Assembly: GCA_902600225.1 (NCBI GenBank) | Contig: CACKIH010000002.1 | Span: forward strand, 13,743-77,742 | Direction: 5' to 3' | Source of the DNA: an uncultured Alphaproteobacteria bacterium | Lineage (GTDB): Bacteria > Pseudomonadota > Alphaproteobacteria > HIMB59 > GCA-002718135 | DNA length: 64,000 bases | Part shown: piece by piece, positions 28,030 through 37,299 of the stretch | Layout of the letters: the number at the start of each line of letters is the position of its first letter | Numbering within the stretch: the first letter of the stretch is position 1 | The notes under the pieces: model-generated | Seen by the model: the letters and a program-made list of their open reading frames with translations, nothing else | Told to the model about the DNA's origin: nothing | Databases searched by the model: none | Program-made: the position numbers and the translations under genes

Positions 28030-28863
28030 GTGAAAAAACTTATTATATACTTATTATCAATTGGTATTTTTGGAGTTGCATCAATTGCAAATTCACAAAC
28101 AATAAGAATTGGTACAGAAGGTGCTTATCCACCATGGAATAATCTAAACTCAGCTGGTGAACTTGAGGGCGCAGAAATAGACTTTGGTAACGAAGCTTGC
28201 AAAAGAATGGGTGTTACTTGTGAGTGGGTAACTCAAGATTGGGATGGTATAATACCTGCCCTTCTTCAAGGTAAATATGACATTATTATTGCTGGAATGT
28301 CTATTACTGAAGAAAGAAAAGAAAAAGTTAATTTTACAACTGGTTATATGACTGATGGTGCAAGATTTGCTGTTTTAAAAAATAGTGGTTTAGCAAATTT
28401 AAATATTGCAGGTATGGCTAAAGTTAATCTTAATAATGCAGGTGGAAAAGAACAAGCTGCAATAGGTCAACTAATTGCTGCAATGGACGGTAAAACTGTC
28501 TGTGTTCAATCTTCAACAATTCACCAAAATTTCTTAGAAAAACACATGTCTGGTGCGGTAGATGTAAAACTTTACCAAGCAGTTGACGATCACAATTTAG
28601 ATTTAGCTGCTGGAAGATGTGATGCAGTTCTTGCTGATGTAGGATCAATTATTGACTTTATGGAATCTGATGGCGGTGTTGATGTTGCATTTACTGGTCC
28701 AACTTTTTCTGGTGGAGTTTTCGGCGATGGTGTTGGTGGAGCAGTTAGAAAAGAAGATACAGATATCTTAGAGATGTGGAATACTGCTATTGCAGAAATG
28801 TCTAAAGATGGAACTACTGCTGAAATAACTAAAGAGTGGTTTGGTAGAGATATTTCTATGTAA
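28030..28863 (+). CDS. Periplasmic amino-acid (polar/basic, opine-type) ABC substrate-binding protein, family 3
   Basis: GTG start preceded by an AAGGAGG RBS. It has a signal peptide, and IRIGTEGAYPPWN is typical of the HisJ/LAO/OccT family. No permease or ATPase gene is adjacent. Confidence 0.8.
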   Translation: MKKLIIYLLSIGIFGVASIANSQTIRIGTEGAYPPWNNLNSAGELEGAEIDFGNEACKRMGVTCEWVTQDWDGIIPALLQGKYDIIIAGMSITEERKEKVNFTTGYMTDGARFAVLKNSGLANLNIAGMAKVNLNNAGGKEQAAIGQLIAAMDGKTVCVQSSTIHQNFLEKHMSGAVDVKLYQAVDDHNLDLAAGRCDAVLADVGSIIDFMESDGGVDVAFTGPTFSGGVFGDGVGGAVRKEDTDILEMWNTAIAEMSKDGTTAEITKEWFGRDISM

Positions 28864-28886
28864 ATACATCATATTTAAATAAAAAA

Positions 28887-28911
28887 GCGGTCTTATAGAC
28901 CGCTTTTTTTT
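28887..28911 (+). terminator. Rho-independent terminator
   Basis: The sequence gcggtct-tat-agaccgc is followed by a T8 run and preceded by an A6 run. Confidence 0.85.
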
Positions 28912-28960
28912 AATAAAATTATAGTAATAATGATTAAATAAAATTAAATAAAAATTTATA

Positions 28961-29242
28961 ATGAATTCTCTTTTGTATTTAATTATCCAAATAATAAACC
29001 TATTTCAATTTGTTCTTATAATTTACATAATTCTAACATGGTTAGTAAACTTTAATATAATTAATACAGGCAATAGATTTGTTTATAGCATCCTCGATGC
29101 TTTATATCGATTATGTGAACCAAGCTTAAATTTTGTTAGAAGATACTTACCAAATTTTGGATCTATAGATTTGTCTCCTATAGTTGTTTATTTAGGTTTG
29201 TGGTTTATTAAAAGTTTATTAATTGAGTATTGGCCTAGATAA
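28961..29242 (+). CDS. yggT: YggT family membrane protein
   Basis: A 93-aa protein with two TM helices. Its size and pattern (ILTWLV..N... and DLSPIV) match YggT. Confidence 0.8.
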   Translation: MNSLLYLIIQIINLFQFVLIIYIILTWLVNFNIINTGNRFVYSILDALYRLCEPSLNFVRRYLPNFGSIDLSPIVVYLGLWFIKSLLIEYWPR

Positions 29243-29244
29243 TT

Positions 29245-30123
29245 ATGCCACAAATCTTAGATGGAAAAAAAGTAGCGCAAAAATTGAAAGATGAGCTAAA
29301 AATAGAAATTGATAATTTAAAGTCAAAATTTAATTGTGTTCCAGGATTAGCTGTAGTTCAAGTAGGAAATGTCTCTGCAAGTAGTGTCTATGTTAAAGCT
29401 AAAACAAAAGCTGCTAAAGAAGTTGGAATTAATGTCTTTGATCATCATCTAGAGGAGACAACTAACCAAGATAAGTTAATCAATTTAATTAATCATTTAA
29501 ATATTGATAAAAATATAAATGGCATACTTGTACAATTACCACTCCCAAAAACTATAAATGAAGAGATTGTTCTAAATAGTATAATTCCGGAAAAAGATGC
29601 AGATGGTTTTCATCCATTAAATGTTGGCAAACTTTCTATCAGCCAAAAAAATGATGAAAAATTATTGATTCCATGCACTCCTTATGGTTGTCTGTTACTT
29701 TTACGAGAACTTAATATTAATTTAGCTGGTAAAAATGCTGTGGTGATTGGAAGATCAAATATAGTTGGAAAACCTATGTCTCAATTATTGCTCAAGGAAT
29801 CTTGTACTATAACAACAGTTCATTCAAAAACTGTAAATATTGAAAGTATTTGCAGAAATGCTGATATTTTAGTAGCTGCTATAGGTAGGCCTGAATTTGT
29901 AAGAAAAAATTGGGTAAAAGAAGGAGCAATTGTTATTGATGTGGGTATAAATAGAATCAAAATAAATGAAGAAAAATCTAAATTAGTTGGTGATGTTCTA
30001 TTTAGTGAAGTAGAAAATATTGTAAGTGCAATAACTCCGGTTCCCGGAGGAGTAGGCCCAATGACTATTGCTTGTCTTCTAAGAAACACAACTATAGCCT
30101 TTAAAAATTCAAATAACTTATGA
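29245..30123 (+). CDS. folD: Bifunctional methylenetetrahydrofolate dehydrogenase/methenyl-THF cyclohydrolase
   Basis: Contains ILVQLPLP, DADGFHP, VIGRSNIVGKP and PGGVGPMT. Confidence 0.95.
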   Translation: MPQILDGKKVAQKLKDELKIEIDNLKSKFNCVPGLAVVQVGNVSASSVYVKAKTKAAKEVGINVFDHHLEETTNQDKLINLINHLNIDKNINGILVQLPLPKTINEEIVLNSIIPEKDADGFHPLNVGKLSISQKNDEKLLIPCTPYGCLLLLRELNINLAGKNAVVIGRSNIVGKPMSQLLLKESCTITTVHSKTVNIESICRNADILVAAIGRPEFVRKNWVKEGAIVIDVGINRIKINEEKSKLVGDVLFSEVENIVSAITPVPGGVGPMTIACLLRNTTIAFKNSNNL

Positions 30124-30211
30124 AAATTAGCTGTAAAGCAAAATAGAGTTAAAAAATAAAAATAGAAAATAATGGAAATTAAAGATTTAAGGTTGTTAAA
30201 TAATTAAATTT

Positions 30212-30955
30212 TTATTTGTTCCCTTTTTTATGCTTTATATATTTGTTAATAAAGTTATCGTGACCCATTACGTCTAAATCTTGTTTTATTGACCAATTAC
30301 CAAGTATTTTTTCTTCATAATTGGAATGCTCTTGAGTATAATTTTTTAAAAAGATGAACCGTGATCTAGTTGCATCAAGAGCATGACAATCAGTAAATGC
30401 AGGTAAGCTATATATTAAGTCGTAAGTATAATAGCTAGTATATTGAGTAAAAAAAACATCTAATAATTTTTGTTTTTTTTTATTTAAAGGAAGATTATTA
30501 AAACCAATAAACCCCGATTCTGTATAATAGCCAATCCTATCATAAATTGATAACAAAGTATTTTCAGGTAAACATTTATTAAACCATGTATTAGGAATCT
30601 TACTAAGAAATTCAGTATCAGCATCAATATAGAAAAATTGATCGGAGTATTTTCTTGCATCACTCTGAGCAAAAACCTTATAAGAAAATCTTACAGGGTC
30701 TAGTAAATAAGATACTTTTGAATTAATTTTAGACTTTTCTTTATTTCTCTCAATAAATTTATAACATAAAGGCTGTTCTGTAAATAAGTTTAGATAAACT
30801 ATATTTTTATTTTTAGGATATAAGTCTACATTATCTTCTACATAACAATAAAGTTTAAGATTTTGATCTGTTTTTATAAAACTATCAATAAGTTTGTTTG
30901 CATATTTTTCAAATAATGAAAAATTAAAAGTTGTAACAAAAATTTTTTTAATCAT
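30212..30955 (-). CDS. Hypothetical protein, possible GT-A-fold nucleotide-sugar transferase (DxD motif)
   Basis: A 247-aa protein with no signal peptide. It has a DxD-like YIDADTEF after a beta-strand-like stretch. I recognise no family with confidence. Confidence 0.35.
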   Translation of the reverse strand: MIKKIFVTTFNFSLFEKYANKLIDSFIKTDQNLKLYCYVEDNVDLYPKNKNIVYLNLFTEQPLCYKFIERNKEKSKINSKVSYLLDPVRFSYKVFAQSDARKYSDQFFYIDADTEFLSKIPNTWFNKCLPENTLLSIYDRIGYYTESGFIGFNNLPLNKKKQKLLDVFFTQYTSYYTYDLIYSLPAFTDCHALDATRSRFIFLKNYTQEHSNYEEKILGNWSIKQDLDVMGHDNFINKYIKHKKGNK

Positions 30956-30967
30956 TTATTATTAAGT

Positions 30968-32149
30968 CTAATTTTTTAATCTTAATGAAGAAATCTTTAT
31001 AAAACCTTCTGCATCTTTTTGATTATAATCTCCTACTTCATCAAATGACACCAAAGATAATTTATATTTGCTTAAAGGGGATTTACGCCCACTAATTATT
31101 ATGTTTCCTTTATAAAGTTTTAATCTGACGTCACCAGTTACATTTTTTTGGGTAGAATCTATTAAATTTTGCATAGCAATTCTTTCAGAAGAAAACCAAA
31201 AACCGTTATATATAGTTTCAGCATACTTTGGCATAATTTCATCTTTTAAATGGGCTTCTCCTGTATCAAGAGTTATACTTTCAATTGCTCTATGAGCTTT
31301 TAGTAATATTGATCCACCAGGAGTTTCATAAATACCTCTAGACTTCATCCCTACAAAACGATTTTCTACAATATCCTCTCTTCCTATTCCGTGTTCAAAG
31401 CCATAATTATTTAATTCAGTAAGTATTTCATGTGGTCTTAATTCTTTTTGATTGATAGCCACCACATCTCCACTTTTAAAACTTAGGATAATTTCATCAG
31501 GTGAATTTTTAGAATTGTCTATTGATTTAGTTCTTGAATAAACATACTCGGGCGCTTCTAACCATGGATCCTCTAAAATTTTACCCTCAGAAGATGTATG
31601 AAGTAAGTTAGCATCAGTGCTGAATGGCGCCTCTCCTCTTTTATCTTTTGGAATAGAAATTTGGTTTTTTTCTGCAAAATTAATTAAATCTTTTCTTGAA
31701 TTCAAGTCCCACTCTCTCCATGGAGATATTACGTTTATTTTTGAATTATTTGCATAGTAGCCTAATTCAAATCTAACTTGATCATTCCCTTTACCTGTTG
31801 CTCCATGGGCTACAGTATCTGCACCTACTTCTTCAGCAATTTCAATTTGTCTTTTAGCTATTAAAGGTCGTGCTATAGCAGTTCCTAAATAATAAGATCC
31901 CTCATAAATAGTGTTTGCTCTAAACATAGGAAATACATAATTTTTAACAAATTCTTCTTTTAAGTCTTCTACAAAAATCTCTTTCACCCCTAGTGACTCT
32001 GCTTTTTTTCTAACTGGAGATAACTCTTCACCTTGACCAAGATCAGCTGTGAATGTAACAACTGGACATTCATATTTATTTTGGAGCCACTTAAGTATAA
32101 CACTAGTATCTAGTCCACCAGAGTAAGCTAAAACAATTTTTTTAGGCAT
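30968..32149 (-). CDS. argG: Argininosuccinate synthase
   Basis: Contains [22 protein letters not shown] and the [10 protein letters not shown] motifs. Confidence 0.97.
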   Translation of the reverse strand: MPKKIVLAYSGGLDTSVILKWLQNKYECPVVTFTADLGQGEELSPVRKKAESLGVKEIFVEDLKEEFVKNYVFPMFRANTIYEGSYYLGTAIARPLIAKRQIEIAEEVGADTVAHGATGKGNDQVRFELGYYANNSKINVISPWREWDLNSRKDLINFAEKNQISIPKDKRGEAPFSTDANLLHTSSEGKILEDPWLEAPEYVYSRTKSIDNSKNSPDEIILSFKSGDVVAINQKELRPHEILTELNNYGFEHGIGREDIVENRFVGMKSRGIYETPGGSILLKAHRAIESITLDTGEAHLKDEIMPKYAETIYNGFWFSSERIAMQNLIDSTQKNVTGDVRLKLYKGNIIISGRKSPLSKYKLSLVSFDEVGDYNQKDAEGFIKISSLRLKN

Positions 32150-32623
32150 TTAACACTCTTCAGTTAATTTATTATAAGCTGCAGTAAATCCATTAAGTGT
32201 ATATGTATCAACAGTAACTGTACCTCTAGAAGACTCGCCTGTAACTTTGAGTTCAAGCCCTTTTTTCATAGCAAAAATTACTTTAGCATCTTCTTCTGTC
32301 CAAGCAGCAGTTGGCAAATCTTCGGTTGTGTAAAATTTGTATTCTCCTTTATCTATACTTATAATAATATCAGAAGGAATTTTGTAACTATAACCAGCCT
32401 CTATTTGAACTACAGTGTCTGGATTGCCTATATTTTTATAGACTAAAACGTAGAAGTCTCCTCTTTTTTTATCACTTGGTAAATCTGTTTCTGTTGCTAA
32501 ACTGCCAATATAACAATACTCATCAGCCTTCTCAAAAGACCATTTACCTACTTCTAAAGCATTTAGGGTAATAGGAAGTGCTACATATAGCACAAGTAAA
32601 AACTTAAGAATAATTTTCATCAA
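32150..32623 (-). CDS. Secreted hypothetical protein, possibly IalB-like (invasion-associated locus B family)
   Basis: Has a signal peptide, is 157 aa, and carries a Cys near the N-terminus of the mature protein and at the C-terminus. The sequence ...LNGFTAAYNKLTEEC resembles IalB-family termini as I remember them. Confidence 0.35.
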   Translation of the reverse strand: MMKIILKFLLVLYVALPITLNALEVGKWSFEKADEYCYIGSLATETDLPSDKKRGDFYVLVYKNIGNPDTVVQIEAGYSYKIPSDIIISIDKGEYKFYTTEDLPTAAWTEEDAKVIFAMKKGLELKVTGESSRGTVTVDTYTLNGFTAAYNKLTEEC

Positions 32624-32692
32624 TTGCTTCTTTTAGTATATCTTATGCAATTAGTTAAGAGCGTTTAATCAATGTTAGAGTCTTTTTGAATT

Positions 32693-33229
32693 ATGGAAAA
32701 ACCAAACTTAGATAACTTGATGAGAAAGATTCAAAAAGACCGCGACGAAATGGCTTTTTCTCAAATCTTTGATTTTTTTGCCCCAAAAATAAATGCTTAT
32801 TTTATTCAAAATAGAATCAAAATTGAGAGTTCTGAGGAATTAACTCAAGAGGTTTTAAGTACTGTTTGGATAAAATCAAACCTGTATAACTCAAAAAAAT
32901 CAGCTCTTTCAACGTGGATATTTACTATTGCCAGAAACAAAAAAATAGACTTTTTCAGGAAAAATTCCAAAATAAATTTTAAAGAGGAGGATATACGAGA
33001 ATTTTTATACCAAGATAGAGAAGTTGACCTCATTGAAGAAAATGAAGCGAAAAAACAAATAGAAAGAATAAATAATGAGCTCGATGAACAGCAAAAAATA
33101 ATGATAAAAATGAATTTTTTTGAAAATAAAAGTCATAAAAAAATCGCGGATGAACTTGAAATTCCTTTGGGGACAGTTAAATCAAGAATAAGGTATATAT
33201 TAACAAAAATGCAGAGATTTTTAAGATGA
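32693..33229 (+). CDS. ECF-type RNA polymerase sigma factor
   Basis: Contains sigma-70 region 2 (LTQEVLSTVWIK...WIFTIARNKKIDFFR) and region 4 (HKKIADELEIPLGTVKSRI). It overlaps the downstream anti-sigma gene by 4 nt. Confidence 0.85.
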   Translation: MEKPNLDNLMRKIQKDRDEMAFSQIFDFFAPKINAYFIQNRIKIESSEELTQEVLSTVWIKSNLYNSKKSALSTWIFTIARNKKIDFFRKNSKINFKEEDIREFLYQDREVDLIEENEAKKQIERINNELDEQQKIMIKMNFFENKSHKKIADELEIPLGTVKSRIRYILTKMQRFLR

Positions 33230-33855
33230 ACGGAACACTAGTAAAAAACCAGCTTATATTTGATTTTGCATCAGGAATATTAGGTCCAGCAAAGTCTCTA
33301 TTTGCTTCAACATATTTACAACTAAATTCAAATGCTTCTAAAATTGGAAGTGCATTTGAAGATATGTTGGGTGAAAATTTAATGGATAACGAAAACATTC
33401 ATCCTAGAAATTTAAAGTATACTGATTGCATTGATAGCCCAAATAACAGAACTGCTTTAAATATTAAAAATCCAGTAACTAGCTTCTTTGGAGACCTCAA
33501 CAATATAAAGTGGAAACAAGTTTATAAAGGTTTTAAGGAGCATACAGCATCGATTGACGATAAAGATGAATTAAAATTAATAAAAATGGACCCTGGAATT
33601 TCTGTACCACTTCACTCCCATGGTGGAAAAGAGTACATATTAGTTTTGGAAGGCAGTTTCTGTGATGAATATGGTGAATACTCTAAGGGTGATATTCAGA
33701 TAAACGATCAAAAAATAAAACATACTCCTATCGCCTCAAGAGATACTGGCTGTGTATGTTTAAGTATTACTGAAAAAGATGTTATTTTCTTTGGTAAATA
33801 TGGATCTTTCTTAAATTTATTTACATTTATTAAATCTTTTTTTAAGCCAAAATAA
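33226..33855 (+). CDS. chrR: ChrR-like anti-sigma factor (N-terminal anti-sigma domain + C-terminal cupin)
   Basis: The N-terminus is collinear with the ChrR anti-sigma domain. The cupin motif is VPLHSHGGKEYILVLEG...KHTP. The gene is translationally coupled to the ECF sigma gene. Confidence 0.7.
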   Translation: MNGTLVKNQLIFDFASGILGPAKSLFASTYLQLNSNASKIGSAFEDMLGENLMDNENIHPRNLKYTDCIDSPNNRTALNIKNPVTSFFGDLNNIKWKQVYKGFKEHTASIDDKDELKLIKMDPGISVPLHSHGGKEYILVLEGSFCDEYGEYSKGDIQINDQKIKHTPIASRDTGCVCLSITEKDVIFFGKYGSFLNLFTFIKSFFKPK

Positions 33856-33879
33856 AATCATTATTGTATAACTCTAAGC

Positions 33880-34875
33880 GTGACCAAAATTCACGTCAAT
33901 TTTATTAGAGGTAAAGGAGTTGAAAGTACTCATCAAGTTAAAGCATTAGTAACAAGTATTGATGGTAGAATTTTGTTATCTACAAATAATGATAATGATT
34001 TTTTTTTTCCTCGATCTTCAATTAAAATATTTCAAGCTATTCCTTTCGCAATGTCAGGTGCTGCCAAAAAATATAAATTAAACGGTAAACAAATAGCTTT
34101 AGCTTGTGCTTCTCACAAAGGAGAGGGATTTCATATAAGTGAACTAAAAAAATGGATTTCCAAAATAAAGTTAAAAACAAAAAATTTACAATGTGGTATT
34201 CATGGGCCATTAGATAAAACAGCTTCAGAAAAAATAATATATTCTCGTAAGAAATTTAATGAGTTACATAACAATTGTGCTGGTAAACACTTGGCTATGT
34301 TAACAAGCTGTCTACATAATAATCATAGCATTACAAATTATTTAGATTTCAATCATCCACATCAAAAAAATATTAGAACAGTTTTTAATAACTTCACAGA
34401 AACAAAATTATCAAAAAAAAATTTCTCTTTAGATGGTTGTAGTGCTCCACAATATTCATTCCGAATAAAATCAATATGTAAAGCCTTAAATAATTTAATT
34501 AAATGCTATAATAGTAATCTTAAATATTCAATAGCAGCAAGAATACTGATTGATTCAACTTTAAAATATCCAAATTATATTGGAGGAACAAAAAGCTTTG
34601 ATACAAAAGTAATTGATTCTTCAAAAAGTAAAATATTTTGTAAACATGGGGCTGAAGGTGTTTTTTTGTTTGCTCATTTGACAAAAGGAGTAAGTGGAGT
34701 GGTTAAAGTAACAGATGGCAATGAAAGAGCAATACCAATTACTATAATGAATATTTTTAAAAAACTAAAAATTATGAATAAAAGTGAATTAAGAAACTTA
34801 CAAAGAAAGGAAGAGTTTTATCTTAGGAACCATGCAGAAAAAAAGATTGGGTATATTAACTTTAAGATAATATAA
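33880..34875 (+). CDS. Asparaginase II family (PF06089-like) protein
   Basis: GTG start, 331 aa. RGKGVESTHQV...PRSSIKIFQA...CASHKGE...NNCAGKH...DGCSAP are typical of the Rhizobium-type asparaginase II family. Confidence 0.7.
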   Translation: MTKIHVNFIRGKGVESTHQVKALVTSIDGRILLSTNNDNDFFFPRSSIKIFQAIPFAMSGAAKKYKLNGKQIALACASHKGEGFHISELKKWISKIKLKTKNLQCGIHGPLDKTASEKIIYSRKKFNELHNNCAGKHLAMLTSCLHNNHSITNYLDFNHPHQKNIRTVFNNFTETKLSKKNFSLDGCSAPQYSFRIKSICKALNNLIKCYNSNLKYSIAARILIDSTLKYPNYIGGTKSFDTKVIDSSKSKIFCKHGAEGVFLFAHLTKGVSGVVKVTDGNERAIPITIMNIFKKLKIMNKSELRNLQRKEEFYLRNHAEKKIGYINFKII

Positions 34876-35293
34876 GTAACAAAAATATAGCAATCAGTAT
34901 TGTTAATGGCAATCTTAGAAAATAAAAGGCGCTTTTATTTAATTCGTTAGAAAATATAATAATGTAGTCAAAAAATAATTGTGTTAACAAAAGCAGAATT
35001 ATTAAGATAAATATTATTAAAATATTAATATTATAAAGATTTAATATTATAATAATAACTGAGAATAGGCTTGGTAGAAAACCATAAACTACGATATGTA
35101 TAGGTGGATTATTTTTTAAATTCCAGTTAATTGACCCAATAAAAACTATAATTATTAAACTGTAATAAGTAATAAAATTAAATAAAATCTCTTCTTTAAT
35201 TTTAAAAAAATAATATTTATCTAAAAATACTATAGCGTATGGTATTAATCCAAAATATGAAATTAGGAATTGTATATTAATTTTTTTGAACAT
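34862..35293 (-). CDS. Small polytopic membrane protein (DUF3429-like)
   Basis: A 143-aa protein with 4-5 TM helices. Its 3' end overlaps the convergent upstream gene by 14 nt. Confidence 0.5.
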   Translation of the reverse strand: MFKKINIQFLISYFGLIPYAIVFLDKYYFFKIKEEILFNFITYYSLIIIVFIGSINWNLKNNPPIHIVVYGFLPSLFSVIIIILNLYNINILIIFILIILLLLTQLFFDYIIIFSNELNKSAFYFLRLPLTILIAIFLLLILS

Positions 35294-35298
35294 TTATT

Positions 35299-36174
35299 AT
35301 GATTAAAAATAATATCATTTTAGAAATAGAAAAACTTTTAGATAATAAAAAAATTTTAGAATACAACATTTTATCTGACTCTTTTGGAATAAATTGTTTG
35401 AAAATTGAGACAGAAGATAAGGAGCGATATATTGTAAAGTATTATTACAAAAAAGAGGGTGGGTTCAATGCAATAAAATCTGAAGCTGATAATATTCTTT
35501 TTTTAAATAGTCATAAGTACAACTTTTTTCCAAAAATCATTAATAATAATAATAAATTTCTTATAATGTCATTTATAGACAACAATAATGATCTACCCAT
35601 TAAGACTAATGATGATTTATTAGGTGCTATAATTTCACTTCATTCTAAAAGGAGTGATAATTATGGATTTAATTTTGATACTCAAATTGGTGGATTAAAG
35701 CAGTCAAATTCTAACTCAAAAAACTGGGTAGAATTTTACAGAGACAAAAGATTGCATTACATATTTGATTTAATTAATAAAAATAATCCAATGGATAAGA
35801 CTATAAATGCTAAAATTGAACTATTATTAAAAAAAATAGACAATTTCATTCCCAAAAAACCAAAACCATCACTGCTACATGGTGATTTATGGGAAGGAAA
35901 TATACTTTTCAAAAATAAAAAGTTTTCAGGTTTTATTGATCCAGGATCTTTTTATGGTCATAATGAATTAGAAGTATCCTATTTGAGATGGTTTAATCCT
36001 AAATTTATTGATAGGAATTTTTTAGTTAAATATAATGATCATATTATTATTGATAAGTATTACGTAAATTATGAACCAATTTATCAATTGTACTATTCAT
36101 TATTAAACGTCTATTTATGGGATAGAAGCTATATTGAAAATGTTCGAGGATTGTTAGATAAAATTAAAATATAA
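35299..36174 (+). CDS. Fructosamine/ketosamine-3-kinase family protein
   Basis: Contains the kinase-like catalytic loop LLHGDLWEGNILF, plus IDPGSFYGHNELE. Length is 291 aa. Confidence 0.8.
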   Translation: MIKNNIILEIEKLLDNKKILEYNILSDSFGINCLKIETEDKERYIVKYYYKKEGGFNAIKSEADNILFLNSHKYNFFPKIINNNNKFLIMSFIDNNNDLPIKTNDDLLGAIISLHSKRSDNYGFNFDTQIGGLKQSNSNSKNWVEFYRDKRLHYIFDLINKNNPMDKTINAKIELLLKKIDNFIPKKPKPSLLHGDLWEGNILFKNKKFSGFIDPGSFYGHNELEVSYLRWFNPKFIDRNFLVKYNDHIIIDKYYVNYEPIYQLYYSLLNVYLWDRSYIENVRGLLDKIKI

Positions 36175-36176
36175 AA

Positions 36177-37229
36177 TTAAACACAGGGGTTGGGATCAGA
36201 TAAGTGTATGTCTTCAATTTCTTTTAATAATTCTTTTGACAGTGAAATATCGATGCTATCTATATTCTCTTTAAGTTGATCCATTGTTGTAGCTCCAATT
36301 ATATTACTCGTAACAAATGGACGATCATTGACAAAAGCATTTGCGAAAGTGGAAGGAGCGATATTGTGTTTTTGAGCAAGTTTAAAATATTTTTCAATTG
36401 CTCTTTCTCCTCTTTCGGTATGATGTCTAGAAAATCTTCGTGGCCAAAGGGTGTATCTAGCTTTTTGAGGATTTTTTCCTCCAATATATTTACCGCTTAA
36501 TCTACCGCCTGCTAAAGGTGAGTAAGCAAGCAAACCACAGCTTTCTCGGATAGAAACTTCAGAATTATGAATATCAAATACACGGTTAACTAGACTATAA
36601 ACATTCTGTATTGACATCATGCGAGGAAGATTTTTTTCCTTAGAAATTTGGAGATATTTCATAACACCCCAAGGCGTTTCATTTGACAAGCCAGCGTATC
36701 TAATCTTACCTACCTTAACAAGCTGATCTAGATTATATAAAACCTCTTCTACTGTAGTCCAATCATTATCACTTGCATCATACTCAAAGTCTAAAACTCC
36801 AAACTTTGGTACTTTTCTTTCAGGCCAATGAAGTTGGTATAAATCTATATAATCAGTTTTTAATCTTTTAAGACTTTCATCTATTGCTGCATTCATATTC
36901 CTTTTATCAAAACCAAGACTTTTAGATCCTTCTCTAATCCACTCTAGACCGTCAGATTTTGATGCTATTTTTGATGCTAAAATTATTTTATCTCTATTTT
37001 TTTTTTCATGAAACCAGTTGCCAACTATTTCTTCAGTTTTTCCATAAGTTTCTTTTCGAGGCATTACAGCATACAATTCTGCGGTGTCAAAAAAATTTAC
37101 TCCTCTTTCGACAGCATAATTCATTTGATCAAAACCATCTTGTTGGCTATTTTGTTCACCAAATGTCATGGTACCTAAACAAATGACGCTTACATCAATT
37201 TCTGTATTTCCTAGTTTTCTATATTTCAT
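36177..37229 (-). CDS. NADP-dependent aldo/keto reductase (Tas-like)
   Basis: Contains LGTMTFG, FFDTAELY, DLYQLHWP and IIGATTMDQLKENI. Length is 350 aa. Confidence 0.9.
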   Translation of the reverse strand: MKYRKLGNTEIDVSVICLGTMTFGEQNSQQDGFDQMNYAVERGVNFFDTAELYAVMPRKETYGKTEEIVGNWFHEKKNRDKIILASKIASKSDGLEWIREGSKSLGFDKRNMNAAIDESLKRLKTDYIDLYQLHWPERKVPKFGVLDFEYDASDNDWTTVEEVLYNLDQLVKVGKIRYAGLSNETPWGVMKYLQISKEKNLPRMMSIQNVYSLVNRVFDIHNSEVSIRESCGLLAYSPLAGGRLSGKYIGGKNPQKARYTLWPRRFSRHHTERGERAIEKYFKLAQKHNIAPSTFANAFVNDRPFVTSNIIGATTMDQLKENIDSIDISLSKELLKEIEDIHLSDPNPCV

Positions 37230-37299
37230 ACTATTTTTATAAAATGCCTTGAAATTGTCGGATTTATAGCGATATTAGTAATAATTAAAAGGAGAAATT

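Noticed and set aside
28030-28863. Higher GC content of the substrate-binding protein gene as a sign of horizontal acquisition.
   Set aside because: It is better explained by amino-acid composition (Gly/Ala-rich periplasmic protein) and by codon bias of a highly expressed gene. No flanking repeats or mobility genes are present.
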